Assembly: GCA_030141605.1 (NCBI GenBank)
Contig: JAQGDQ010000001.1
Span: 372,001 to 436,000 of the forward strand
Source of the DNA: Tubiluchus corallicola
Lineage: Eukaryota > Animalia > Priapulida
DNA: 64,000 nt
Direction: 5' to 3'
A model generated the notes under the pieces. The model had not been told where the DNA came from. It worked only from the letters and a program-made list of their open reading frames with translations, and did no database searches. Shown in pieces: positions 24,001-38,900 of the stretch. Made by a program: the position numbers and the translations under genes. Each line of letters opens with the position of its first letter. Position 1 is the stretch's first letter.

Positions 24001-27000
24001 GCATAGCAAATAACTGAGCAGAAATAACTGAGCAAAAAGTTCCACGACTCTGCAAGTTACAAAGCTGCTATATTTTATAAGATAACATAATTTATATCAC
24101 TCATATAGTTATGCTTAATAATTTACTGGTTAGTTAAACTAAATGGACAAATAACTATCTACTTACGGATTTGTCGAAGAAAGAACGAAACAAGAAGTGT
24201 ACGGCAACATTGGTTTTGGTCCAAAAGGTGGATTGACATCAGTATAAGTATCAATCTCATTTTCAGTTTTACCTCGCAAACTTGTATTGTCTTCTAAAAG
24301 CATAATATTTACAATAAAGCAGTGTATCTACAAAGACTAATAATATTATAACATTACTTCTGAGGAACATCCTTTGTGTAAACAGCATGATAAAAATGAG
24401 TTACAAAGTAGACCCGTGCATATGGAGCAAACGTTGCATTATATTCTTTCAGTGTGGTAACCGAATACAAAAAATCACAAACATTACAAACACGACAAAA
24501 ATCTGGCAGACAAAATTGCTAATCTAGACTAAAAGTGCAGATTAAATGGCTACTAAATTATAAAAAAACTGTTACAGTACTTTGACAATGATAATAATAT
24601 TTTAGTTTTTGAATGGTCTGCTGGGTTGAAACACGAAAATAAAGTGAAAGTGCAGAGAAAACAATTTGCAGAAGAAACAGCCATTTTTATATGCATTTTG
24701 GTACATTACCATTGTCAAAGCTAGAAACAAATAACTCAAATGTAAATGATAATAATAAAGATAAGTTGGTAATGGTAATAATGATAATGACTGTAACACA
24801 GTTGGTACTTTGAACATTGGTAATCAAACTATACAAAAGTGCACTAATATGTTGAAACACTTATCAAAAATAGAAAAGATGCCACTAAAACTATCACATT
24901 AAGACAAAACCTTTTAAATGTATTTTAAATTTCTAATAATCTAAGAATATAATAGCATAAAACTTATACATTTGTGTATCAATTACCATGGAATGTGATA
25001 AATAAACCTGCCTGAATCAGATAGATCCAAGTCTCTTGATACTTCATTATCTATATTAATGTGTTTCTTCTCAACATCTAGTGAAATAGCTATCTCTTTC
25101 TCTCGGTTATCCTTCCACAAATTTTCTTTCTTATCACTAAAATGTAAAAGTAGATTTAAAGCACTACTCTCACTGAAATAATATTCAGTATTATTTACAT
25201 TTAAATGTAAAGTCATGCAAAGCAAACATACAAGTTAAAGCTTGATCCTGTGGTTCCCTTGTGATCTGCATTATTCTGTGGCGATGGCGGACAGATGTTG
25301 ACTTGTGGTGGTTCAATACCCGTTGTGGAAATTGCAAATTCAGCAGCCAGCTTTTCTTCCTCTTTTTTCTACAAATAAAAGACATGTTTATAAGCCATTA
25401 TTTTTAAACTCTTTAGAAACTATAGGCAGCATAATGCCATCAGTCCGGGGTTTGTTGGCAGGTTACGAAAAGCAAATAAATTGAACAACACAACAATTAA
25501 ATTTTGCTAATGAGGAACCTCTACAATTAGAAATTAAATACTCTACAGTGGCAAATTCCTTCACTATATGAATTACGAGTACATAATTGACACATGAAAA
25601 TGACTTCTAAAACCCTAAAATGATTTTGCCAAACAAAACACAGTGCAAGAACATGAAATTGACAAAAACAACTTCTCAGTTCAAAAATATTGATGTAAGT
25701 GTTACAAATGTACAAACCAATAAGGCAGCAGCTGCAGCAAGCTTTTCTTCCTCAGCTGCGGCATCTTCTTCAGCAGCTGTAAGCTCTTGTGCATTTGCCA
25801 GGTTGTCAACAGCAATAGCCAAGAATACATTAAGTAAGGTATCTAATTTCAGCTATCAAGAAAAATACTTCTGAGTTCAAACATAGATAGGATCTTTAAG
25901 AGATATCAAATTTTTGTGAAAAATTAAATATAAATTCAACATTTTAACACTAACAAGAAATAAACCTTATGTAACCAACATATAAGGATAGCTTTTTTTG
26001 TTCAAAAACACTTAACCTAAATATATCATAAAGGATACAATTACCAAAAAGCACCAACACAATAAAATACAAGCAGGCATACATTCCTCCACCATGTATA
26101 CCTCCTTGTGATTCTATACCAAAATACATTACACTGTTCCAATCTTCACCAGTGAGTATCTGAAATACAAATTTAAAATAGTTAGCATTAGGTTGATGGA
26201 AAGTGCCTCAAAATAATGCCTAGACCACATTATCCTCCAAAACACTGTCAGTCAAAACACGGACATTGAAAACACTGAACACTTGATCACTTTCTACTGA
26301 CAGTTACTTTGCACATAATCATTTATTGAAGGTGTGTTCTTGTTATTTCTGAAATAGTGCCAAGATAGCTTGCATAATGGCAAGTCTTTTTAGCATGTGC
26401 TTCAGAGAGAATATGAAATAAAAAAACAAAGAACTTTTCAAAGAAATAAAGCAGAAAGTTATCAACTATTTCAGGAATTAACAGCGGAAGTACTATGGGC
26501 TTTTTAAATTATATTTGGAACACATCAAGTGTGCTTCGTCATTTATTGGACAAATTTTCATGTCTAATGCTGAAAGAGCAGGTTGTCAAAGCAATATAGC
26601 TACATGTCAATCATTGCAGAAAGAGCATAAAGTACCTGTGCATTTCTTGTACAAGTCTATAAAGCGTAGGCCTACTATAAATTCAGTCTTTTGCAAAAAG
26701 TTCTGCACTCATATATTTGTGAAAAACACATGCTTTTTGTTAGTAATTTGTTATCAGAGACAGCATGTGTTTTGATGCATACTGTAAACAAGCTCTTCTA
26801 GCCGAGTCTCGAGCATGCATCATTACTAGCTGTTCCTTCCGAGAACAATAACTGACACTGACAAAAATCAAGATCAGCTTGATATCATTAAACCTGAATG
26901 ATATCGAAATTTCACTGTCAGTGTCGGTTTCCACACAGCCCCTAAACAGTGATAAACTCAAAACTGACAGTGTTTTGCATGACCGTGTGGACAGCCTATA

Positions 27001-30000
27001 AAGGGGAGTTACCCATTTGTGTCACAAATCGCAAAATGTTTATTCAAAATAATCTTTTTGAAGATAACAAATGACACTACTAATGGATGAAATGAATTTA
27101 ATTAGCAAGATTGTTGTTAACACTTGCATCCAGTTTGACTTTAAACTGGTCACAAAAATTTACCTGAAATACTGTAAGTAGAGCTACTGGAAATGTATCA
27201 AAATTACTTCCTGGTCTTCCTTCCTTAAAATTGAAGCTGCAAAAGATAATTGTGCTTCACAGATATCCAACCAAAAGCAAAATAATTGAATGAAATGCTT
27301 TTATATTTACTAACTAATTCAAAATTGTATATATTGTATTATTTTTTGTATAAATTTCTATTGTTATCAATTATCTACATCCACCATTTATATACATATA
27401 AAAGCATTTACAGACATGTAAAATTCGAACCCCCACGCCCACAATAAATGGTAACCAGTAATACATGCAACACACTAAGAGTTGTAAAACATTTAGATCT
27501 ACTGTGACAAAACCAGAAGCTGTTTATCACCTAGTATATTACAAACCTAGAAAACAATGTTCAGCTGTGAATGTTCCTACACTCACACAATGAAATTTTA
27601 TTATGAAGTCTTTTGACTACATTTGTTAAGTTAACGTTACTAGACTCACCCTCCTCCAAACAACTGCATACCAAGCAAGGCAAATATTACAATGAATAAG
27701 AACAACAGAAACAATAAGGACACAATCGAACGCATAGAACTTAAGAGAGATATCACGAGATTTCTTAGAGATGACCAGTATCTGAAAATAAAAAAAATAG
27801 ATGTACACATCAAATCTAAAAAAAGCAATTTAAGATGTCAATAGTGAATTAAATATTTGTTAATTTAGCCAGATGCAAGACATTGCTCACTAAACTTACT
27901 TTGTCACTTTAAAAATACGAAGAAGTCGCAGTGCTCTTAAGACACTGATACCAAATGAACCTTCTTTTAGATGATCCCAGATTATTTCAAATACACTGCC
28001 GACAATGACCTATAAAAATGAATGTTTAGTCATTTCAGTAAAATGTTCATTTTAGCTTAGTCATTTCAGTTTAGTCTATTCCAGAACTGCTTAGTAATTC
28101 CCTAGTAAATAAGATCTGTAAAAGGTAGAAACATATTTCCATACCACACAGTCAAAAATGTTGAAAGACGATTGGAAATAAATGCGAACTCCAAGACCGT
28201 ACATCTTTACAGCCATTTCGAGTAAAAATAAGCCCAAAAATACAAACTCGGCATAATCTGAAAAATAACATGAAACCTTATCTCAAAATTAAAGTTTCAT
28301 AAAATTTTATTACATTTAGTGAAATTACCAAGAAAATAAATATTTTTTTGGCAAATCATATTAATTGTATTATGCAACAAGAGATATATGTGTGCTTGCA
28401 AACCAAAACCATTCATAAGTCAGCATAGTTAAAACTATGTTAAGATGCTTCAAAGTAGAATGCTTCAAGTTATCAAGAAAATGTCTGAAATGTAATAAAA
28501 ATCTAATTTTATAACCATGTACCCACTTTTCTGGTTAGAAAATAGTACTACAATGGTGAAAAACTTGTATATTCAAACTCTGATAGTAGGTGGAAGCAGT
28601 CATTTTGCTTCGAGTTTTTTCTGTTGTCAAGCCCGGTTCTTCGTCTAGAAGAGAGATCTACTGGATTTAAACGTAACATCAATGTGTTTTTGCAAAGTCC
28701 GTAGCAAGCAACATTTGTGTGATTGATTACTGTTTGTAGAAATGCGAAAAAACCAAATTCTAACTTTAACAGCGATTTCCTCAAGTTTATGTATTTCAGT
28801 GCGCAGCCTGCACCTCAGCTTATTATCTCATCTCAGAAATAACATACAGCAATGAGCTTGGCATCAAAATGATTCTCAGGAAATGGAGATTGAGAATATG
28901 TAAATAGCTAGAAGAGATTAATTGCCGACTTATGGACGAGTTTGCTATGGAGGCACACATATATCAATATCTGCATTAAGAAATTATCTACCAATTATAC
29001 ATACCTAAAAAAACATCCAGCCATTTAGGTTGATTATAATGTTCTACTGCTACACATATTGTATTGAGGAAAACTAAAACAATAACTGCCCAATAAAATG
29101 GTTGACTCTTAACGGCGCGACGGACAGCAAATCTTGCTTGCTTTTCAAATCGTTTGAAGTTCTTGAATTTTGTCTTTCTTGGTTTGTTGTTTGTGCCTGA
29201 GGCAGAATAATGGTTTCCTATTGAAAAAGAAGAAATAATTTGAAAACCATGCAGAAAGAATTCAGTACAAAAACAAACAAATTTGGTTTACTATTTGGTG
29301 TTATAGATAAGACTCAAAAAACAAATGTTACATTAGAACAGCTGGGCTTTCAGAAAACATTGACCCCTGGTCAATAAGTATGTCACAGAAATATCACACA
29401 TGGTGCAAGCATAATAAATTAAGAAAATGTACTGACAGTGTAACAGCAAACCACTTTAAAGTGTATATCTCATTGCTTGAGGATCCTATAAATGAAGCTA
29501 AATGGCTAGATTGGACTAAAGACTATAAATTCAAATCTGCCTCGCTTCTACTAAATTCTTTAGTACTTCGTATGACGTTAAGAATAACCTCTTAAAAAAT
29601 CATTCATGACATAATAAAAAGAATATAATCTACCAAATCCTTAATCATATGTAGAAAATAATATTAGGTGAAATTCGAATAACAAGTTTGTTGTGGGTTC
29701 CCTGAATACACGTAATATTACTACTGCTACTATTGCTGTTAACTTACCAATCGGCAGATCCGTTAAAGCGTCATCAAGTTCTTCGTCTTCATCTTCATCT
29801 TCTGCAGCTTTGCTGTTAACAGCCTTGATTTTCTTTGAAGCTGCCCTTCTTCTTGCTAATAATTGTTTAAACAATACAGCAATTAGTGTCATATCTATAT
29901 CGGTGTGTGGCAAAAATGGCACGGTAAAAAAAGGCACAGGAAAAAATGGCATAAATGAAAAAAATAGGAAAAATGCCACATATTAATGATACGTATTAAT

Positions 30001-32699
30001 AAGGAAAGGTTATAGACAGCATTACACAATTTTATAAGCAAGAATTTCTTGAAATGGAACTCAAGTGGAACTAACTCGTAGTACGTTGTTTGTCCTGGTG
30101 GAGATAACAAAAAAGAAGTACTGAGCAACTCTCTGAGACCTTCACGAAGTGTTTAACGAATGTTTTTTTTGTACGTGGTGTTTGGTTAAGTTTTGTGAAG
30201 AAAGAACCGGCAAAAAGATTCCCATTTTGGCACTCAGTACCCGCCTTCTCCACAAAGTTTCTTGGACATTTATTAGGTAGTTATTGCATAATAGGCTTAC
30301 TGCCATAATAGACAAAAACAGCTAAAAATAACTAGAATATTTATACCCCAGGGTAATTCTAACCCTGTCATTTTTACCTGTGCCATTTTTGCCTACATTC
30401 CCCTTGATCTTATTTGAAAATGATCATCTAACATCAACAAAATTTTGCAGAAAAATAAATGATAGCGCATTAATAATTGTGCCATAATCTGAAAATTCGT
30501 GACATTGTACAATATTTATGTTGCGAATAATTTGTGATTCTGTGTTGTAAAATCAAACTCAATATCGTATATGAATGTTAGTTAATGGCAAATTTCATTT
30601 GTGTAAAGGTATGAGTTTTTTAACTACTAACAGACATTGTTTATTTATTTATTCACACAGCTAACCGAATGAATGTATTGTATTTAAAACAATTCGAAAT
30701 AAATCGTATATATAGTAAGTTAGAAAATCATAATTAAAAAGAAACATTTCAATTTTGTGGGAAAGAAGCTCTTCGAATCTGTGCAGAACTTGAAAGAAAA
30801 TAAAAAAGCTTCCGTACTAATAAAGAATTCATGTGTGAATCATATTACTAGCTAAACATGTACTAAAATTATATGTATCTCAGTTGCTTCCTTCTGTAAC
30901 ACATATCTTAAGATGCGCTAATGCATTAATATCTGTCAACAGTAAAAGATCAATTTTCGTCTACAAAAAAGAATTTTGATGCAAAATTACTAAGCGCTGC
31001 ACTTGATTTATAAATGAGAGACAATATTTAATTAATTTCCAGTTTTCTGAAAATGAATATAATTTACCGGCTGTTTGCAAGTAAAATAAGTATAATACGT
31101 TTTATTGCCGGTAACAGTAAATAATGGGAAAAATCAGCAATAAGTAAACTGTTAAATGTTAAAGTTTCTGTTTCATGTTAAAACAGGACTTTCTGTCAGT
31201 AAGCATATACGAACGAAAAGTACAAAAAGCTCTGAAAATTTAGCAGAACATGCATTACTTGCAACTAAAAATTGGCTTGTATCTATGAAATAATAAAACG
31301 GTAGGACGGTAGACTGTTTATGTTATAAATTTCCAGTAACACGGGCACAAATGTAAAACCTGCCACAAAAGATCACAGAAACTATTAAATAAAATTGTAC
31401 AATACATAATTAGCACAGTGATTAGTGTCTTAAAGTTTCTAAACGTCAAATTACATAGTTAAAGTTCTACAAATCTGTAAAACATATCATTTCTACAAAA
31501 TGTCTTACAGAAAAAACGCCAGAGAAATATTAGTAAATTGCTATCAGGCTTAAAAGAAATAAATTTATAATAACTGTTTTTCGTTATCTGTTAAAGCAAT
31601 GGCGGCTTTAACCTTGAAAACTTTGTATAAAGGACAGAAACTATACTCAAAACTGCAAAGGAGTAATTATGTTGCAAGGTCCCATAAAACTTCAAAAATG
31701 CCCTTCAAACAACCTATCAGATTGGTGTATTAAATCCGCTCATCCCATGTCACATGAGAAGCACTGATAACACTGTAGTATCAAAGTGAAGTTTGGTTAA
31801 CAGCAGTGAAACGTATTATATTTTCGCCTACTCTGCTCAATAAGTCTTTCCAGATTTTCTTGATCAATGGTCACTTGTTAATTAAGTGTGGATAGGAAAG
31901 CTGTCCAGTTAAACCTGACGCAGTCTGGCAGTTAATTACCAAAGCTAGATTTAGAATGTACTGGAAAGCCAAATTAATTGAACTGAGGCTTTTTATCACA
32001 TTTAAGCAGAAGCAGTTGTATTGTTTAAGCTCAAAAAGTGACATTGGCACACTGAAATTACTAACAACAATGTAATTTGTATTTTTATCAACGCTAATGA
32101 AAAACATACTGTGCGACATTGACAATAATGTGCAGAAAGTTCAACAAAATAATTTACGTTTATGGCACTCAAAGGCAATGCTGTTTTTATTGAAAATTTA
32201 TAAGTGACACTACACACATACTGCATACATATGTAATAAAAAATAGGCAATTAAATTACTCTCCCGTTAAAAAATAATGAAAATATTTCGGAAATGAAAC
32301 TAATATCCCTGTATTGAAAAGACACTGTGTTATCAGTCAAACTAATATACGACGGAACAAAATGGTAGTGCATTTGAAACATTAGTACATTGGTGCAGCT
32401 TATATAGGCATGACATTTATCTTCTACCAATGTGTGCTTTCAGCATGGCAGAATATTATAGTAAACAACAAGATTATTAACAAGAGTACAAATTAAATAC
32501 ACAAAGCATGCAAAAACTATAAAATCTAACTGAAAATATTAATTCAGTATTTAAAGTCTATAATAAGTAAAGTTACAATGTGCAATTGCACTGAGAAAAT
32601 AAACTGGGTCAATCTGCATTAGCTGAACAAAGAGAATTTCATACTGAACTGCAACCCATATATTGGGGGATGAAAAACGACATTGAGATAGGAAATAAG

Positions 32700-32738
<39 letters not shown>

Positions 32739-32756
32739 AGAGAGAGAGAGAGAGGG

Positions 32757-32805
<49 letters not shown>

Positions 32806-32853
32806 CAAAGCGTGAAAAAGAGGAAGAAAGACAGAGAGAGAGAGAAAGAGGGG

Positions 32854-32900
<47 letters not shown>

Positions 32901-35900
32901 AAAGAGAAAGAGAAAGTGAGCAAAATAATAGAAAGCATGCTTAAGAAATGACAAAAATTTATCTGTTTATGACATTAATGTTTTGTCAAGCACTATCAGG
33001 TCTAGTCCACTGTGTTGCACATAATTACGACTCACAAGACAATTAATTTTAATGAAAAAAATTTGAGTTCAATATGCTATTAGCTGGAAGAGATCTATCA
33101 GTAAGTGTATGTATGAGTTAAGGACTTAAGTTCATCCTTTAATACACAAGGAAAAATTTTAGTTGACGGTTGAACACAATTACTCTTATTTTCTTCAGTC
33201 TCTCCATATCTTCTTTGCAATATTGATTTTGTTACTCCAGTAATATCTATTTTTCTATACTCATTCTACTTATATAAAAACATTAGCTGTTAAAACTTCC
33301 TCTTGTTACAATACCTTATATAACTTGCAACATCATCACTGCGAATATAAAATACCACAAAACACTTTCCCTGTCTTTTAAGAAAGATCATTTAATTATT
33401 TAGAGTATTCATTAGTAGTGATTGCATTCATTAATAATAATAATAATAATACAAACATGCAGAAACTGAAGCTACATTCAGTGACATAATCGCTCTGTAC
33501 AAATACAGTAGGCGCCGCTTAATACTCAACTAGGAACTGTTTTGACCAAATTAACCCACTGAATCTATTACCTGACAGGTGTAATGTTACTTGTATAGAA
33601 GTATTGATCGTCAGCTTAGGATGTGTTGCAAAGGTTTTAGTGAATTTTAGAAATGAAGTAATGCCTAAATTCTTATACAGTTATTTAAAAATATGAAATT
33701 ATAAAGTGAATTAATAAAAAAAGAAATTAAAACATGCACGTCTGTTTATTTATCAAAAGTTCTGAATCGTGTGTTCAGTGACATTACTCCAGGACATAGC
33801 CAATAAATGCAGTGCGTTAAGAAGACTGTTTTTTAGCTAGGTCATTTGCAGTTAATTGATAACTGCATCGTCAGAATCCATTGCTTCTAAAACTCTCATC
33901 TGCATTTCTTTTCTATAATAGTAAGATTTTACTGCTTGAATAATGCATTGATCACACAGCTGACTGAGTGATGTGGTGATTGCTTGTAAATTTTTTTTTA
34001 ATGCATTTTACTAATGTGTTGACTACATGGGCAGTGCAGTTGTCTACCAGTAAAATGTTTCGCTTTAAGTTCGAGTCTCATTTTACTAACCACTCATTAA
34101 ACGACCAACAGCTGTCATCCAAGCATTCGAGTTTGCATAGTAATCTACTGGCAACTTTGCAACACCTTATTGTACTGTATCCCTGGCATAACAGCAACAG
34201 CTAACTGATTAAATGTTCTATGAATGGCAGCGTGAGTTTCAAAAGCAAACCACTAGGTATGTGATTAAATGTCTAGCTTCCAGAAAATGAATGATGTGGA
34301 ATTATTTGAGTCTATTATCAGCACTTTTTATACACATTTGAAAAGAAGTGGCCTGTACTAGGTTTTTTGAGTCAATTAGGCAATTGATTCTATCAACTGT
34401 GAGTCTAATAAATGGTACCTACTGTAATATTAAAAAGTAAATATTAGAATTTGTGAAATTATACCTGACTAGCAATTTGCCAAAAGCCTACTAACTAGAG
34501 TGTACAGACAAAAACGTTAATTCTAAACTAAGAACAACTAATAAAATACTAAGTGGTTAAGCGGAAATGTTGCACAATTGGCTGCACTATAAACTTCGAA
34601 TAATTGTACCTCTATCTACCAAAGCATCAGACTTAAACATATTAGGTAGGCCTATGAAGGAAATTCCAATGAGTTCTTTTTAGCAGACGTGCATTACTAA
34701 AGTAAAAACAAAACTTTAGACTAGATTGAGGAAGAACTAGACCTGATGAGCTGAGAAGCATTTATAACTTTGCTTCACATGTACAAAAGCAGCCTAATAC
34801 ATCACTACTACAAAAAAACAAGGAAAGGCACTTACCAAATTTAAGTTTGCTCTTAAAGTCTTTACGTACAGCTGGAAAACATGGAAGGGGAAATCACGCA
34901 GTGTTCAAACAAATGCACACATGCATGCAAGATGGATATAATACATTCAAGTGTGCAAGCTTTGTCACAATCTTTATAGTGCTAAAATGTGTGCTATGAC
35001 AACTTGGTATATGGTTTTAAGTAGTGAGGGCCTTGACTTTTAACACAAATTAAAAGTGTAATTACATTTTCTTTTATGTAAATAGCAAAAATTTTCCAAT
35101 TCAAAGTAGCAACCTATTCTATGAAACAAACTATGAAACAATTCTAAATTCCTAAAAACACAAAATTTACAACTATAAAAATTCTATTCTTTTAAAACTC
35201 TGGTATAACTTATCCGAAATTAGCCACAAAATATCATTCCACTAAAATATCACTTTTAGGAGTAAAATATGCTGCATAGTACATAATACATGCAGAAAAG
35301 GCAAAAAATAAAATTCAAAAGTACTTACAATCTATAATTAGCAAAACAATTATTAACCTTTACATTTTAATGTGCAAACATGGGAAACATTACAAGAATC
35401 CAGAAATAAAATAGATGAAATTGTTTTTGCTGTTTTAAACTTACGCAAGGGCATAACTCGGTTTTATAAAAGGATAAGCACAATATGTAAAGAACATTGA
35501 AAACTGCAGACTTGAAACATGAAAAAGGGTTCAAAACTGTTTAAAGCCAGTAAAATAATTGGAGTATAAAAGCAAAACAAACACAGTTCATAATGCAGCT
35601 CAAAGCAGGTGTTATAATGCTAATAATTTTTTTCAAATAATTTTGTAATCTATCCTGTTTACAACAATGCACATAAAAGACATTAATTCTTGAATAAGAC
35701 TCTTTGTGCTTATTTTTCTTCATCAAAGAAGTAACAGCCTAACAAATACCAATAAAACATTGCACAAATGTGTTAAATGGTAACTAACGCTTTTTTTGTG
35801 TCAAAAAATGCAAAGTTAACCCCCCAGTTCACACAAATTCACCCAAAACTTGTAAAATTTTAAAGTGAAATGGACACTGAATGATAGTTTAACAATAAGA

Positions 35901-38900
35901 AAAAACTCGAGAACCAAATTGAACTGAAACGGTTTTTCCCTATCAGCCAAGCTACTGCATGATTTATACACAGCAAACGGCTAAAGGGTTGGACAAATTT
36001 CACCTATGAAACTTAATTCTATCTTGAATCATGGTCTCCCGACATTGGAATGGACCGGTCTGTTAAACTGAAACAAATAGTCTTTGCTGTCCAAAATATT
36101 GTAACCATGTCAGCCTATTATATGTGCTTACTTCTACATCTGTTGTTTAGCCTTAAAAATCTGACGTGGAAAAAATATCTGAAGAATTGAATTCTTCTCA
36201 AGCACAACTCTCTAACTATGCTACTTCAAGAAGACAATGCGGATTTTTCTTTCATTAAATTCTAAATTGATCTAATTTTAAACTTATATATAAATATAAT
36301 ACGTACCTTCAATAATCTGCATCTTTTCTTCATCTGTCGTTCTTTCTTCTGCAAGAATAACTTCCTCTGTATGAAAACAAAACTCACATCAGGATGCAGG
36401 ATACATGCAACCATGCAAAAAACAATTGCATTAACCTCAAAATGCCTCTACACTATAAAGAAAAATCAACTTTATCGAAATCAACTTGCTATATTAATAA
36501 TAATTTACCACATGCAGTGGAAACAAGCTTTTTTCATTTGTCCAAACGCATAAGGCTAGATGCTTCTAAATAAAATGAAAATGTTCCTAAGTTTTAGTCA
36601 TTGCCATAAAATATTGTAAAAACCACTATTTTGTTTTCAAAGCATAACAAATTTCTTTAAAATTATCTAAATTCGAGTAATCTAATATTCACTACCTTGT
36701 TACTATAGTATAGTATAAAAAATAACGCAAATAAAAAATCCAAATTAATTGGTTGTTCTACAGAAATTTTCGCAACACAGTACATCTATAGTACCATAAG
36801 TTAAAAAACTTATAAGGTTTTTCATATGCAGAAACTTTAAAAGCAAGCAGTAACCTAATCTTAAGTGAAAATGCACAGAATAATATAATCAGTTAAATGC
36901 CAAAAAACTAATGCAAGACATACTGTACATTCAAGCTTGAAGAATGAGACAGCACCTAATAAATTAAGACATATTTTACATTTAAGCTAGAAGAATGAAA
37001 TAGCAATTAATAAGATATACTAATTGTCAATGTTTCAACTTTTGCTTACTGATATAAGTGAAAACATTTGCAATACTACAACAAGTCAGCTAAGCAAAGT
37101 TAATTCTTCCAAGCAAAACTAAATTAATTTTCATTTTTACTTTTTGTATACTGGTATCGTATTGCAAGGCAATTACATTGTGTAATATCACACAATTTGC
37201 AGAGAAAGAAGGAGACCTGCAGTGATGTTAAATGATGCAAATTTAGCAGTAAGAGAATGATATATAATTTCTCTTTTCCAGAAATATGATAAAACTCTTT
37301 TTTTTTGAACAACAGAGTTACAAAATGAATTTGATAAGCTTATAGATATCTTTTAAACGTCTCTCATAATTCCTGGGTGTAAACAGAAAGCAATGTCCGA
37401 TGAGCAATTGGTAGCGATGTGCAGCAAAAATGGGAAAATGTCAATACTCTTAGAGAAATGTCGATATGATAAAGATAAAATCAATTTTTTATATTGGAGA
37501 GAAAATTATCACTTCATGTTTTACCGATATGTATCATTAAATTGTGAACATCCCTTCGTTACCTGTGTTCTGCAATATGCAGTAAAAGATCTTGTTACTT
37601 ACCTGCCTTACAAATCCATTCAAGGTACCCGTTTAGTTCCCGTTCTATCTGCTGCTGCCGACGCAGTTTAAGAAACGCTCTCCGATTTTCAACTCGTTCT
37701 CTTTCTTTTGCAAATTCTCTGATATACAAAATGACATTGTTTAAGACTAAAAAATTTTTGAATCAAAAATATACTGTGTAATTTATTGACATAAATGTAT
37801 TTTTCTAGCATATGTTTATGAATGCAGTATGCAATGAAAATAATTTCCTTAGGTCATATCGTCATTATTACCATAACAATAGCAAAAAATAATATTGTCA
37901 TAAGAACTGCTGGATAAAATATTGTCATAGTCGCTGGGTATGTCACAAAGCCGTAATGTACTCCGGCACAGCTTGTCACTGCATATTCCACAAACAAGTT
38001 TATGTGGGGCAATACAGTAGATTTTTAATTCCAAAAAAGAATAAATAAATAGAATATTTGAAAACTCAAGACATAAAAAATGTTGTGTAGTTATTATCTG
38101 AAAAATATCTTGCAAAATTATTAGAACTTACCCACTAAGAACTCCCAAAACCAGATTCAGCATAAAAAAGGATCCAATGATAATGAGAACAACAAAATAT
38201 ATCCAATTAAAACTGCTTCCCAAAGCATCATTCATCTGAAAAGCACAATTGGAAACATATGGGTACATTTGCTTCTAAAATGTCTTTCTGTTAAGGCCAA
38301 CTGAAAATAAACAGAACAAGTTAAATCTCGATCTAAAAAAGTACAACTTTAAAAACATTTTTTAATTTACTGTGGCCAACAAAGATTGAAATACAAAACT
38401 TACAAAGTAAAGAACATCTGTCCAGCCTTCCATTGTTATACACTGAAATACTGTTAGCATAGCAAAGCCGATGTTATCGAAACTGGTAATTCCAAAATTA
38501 GGTCCTATCCACCCATCTCTGCATTCTGTGTTGTTTGTATCACATGAGCGAGCCCCAGAGTCGCCACCTGGTGAACAGGGACTAGGCACTTCTCCTTCTA
38601 TCACAATTTCACCTATACGAAAAAATTTGTTTTAGACTAATTTGAAACTATCCATGTTCCAGTTTAATTCTAGTATTGGTTGGTATCCAAAGTATTTTGA
38701 TGACTCTGATACCCATTTATAGGTTTCTTCAATTACAAAAAAGACATACATTTCATCAAATTATTATACACACTTTTTGCCAGTTTTTATTAATGTATTA
38801 TGATGTTGTAGATTTGTACAGGCTGTTTTAGACTTAAGTTGCCACAACTAGCAATCCTGCCGACAATAATCAAAATTTCTTGTAAGCAACTTATGGTGAC

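Noticed and set aside
32551-32954. ORFs rich in SL or ER repeats
   Set aside because: Translations of the (GA)n microsatellite.
36367-38131. Duplicated AID exon (cac I-IIA/I-IIB type)
   Set aside because: No second AID-like peptide seen.
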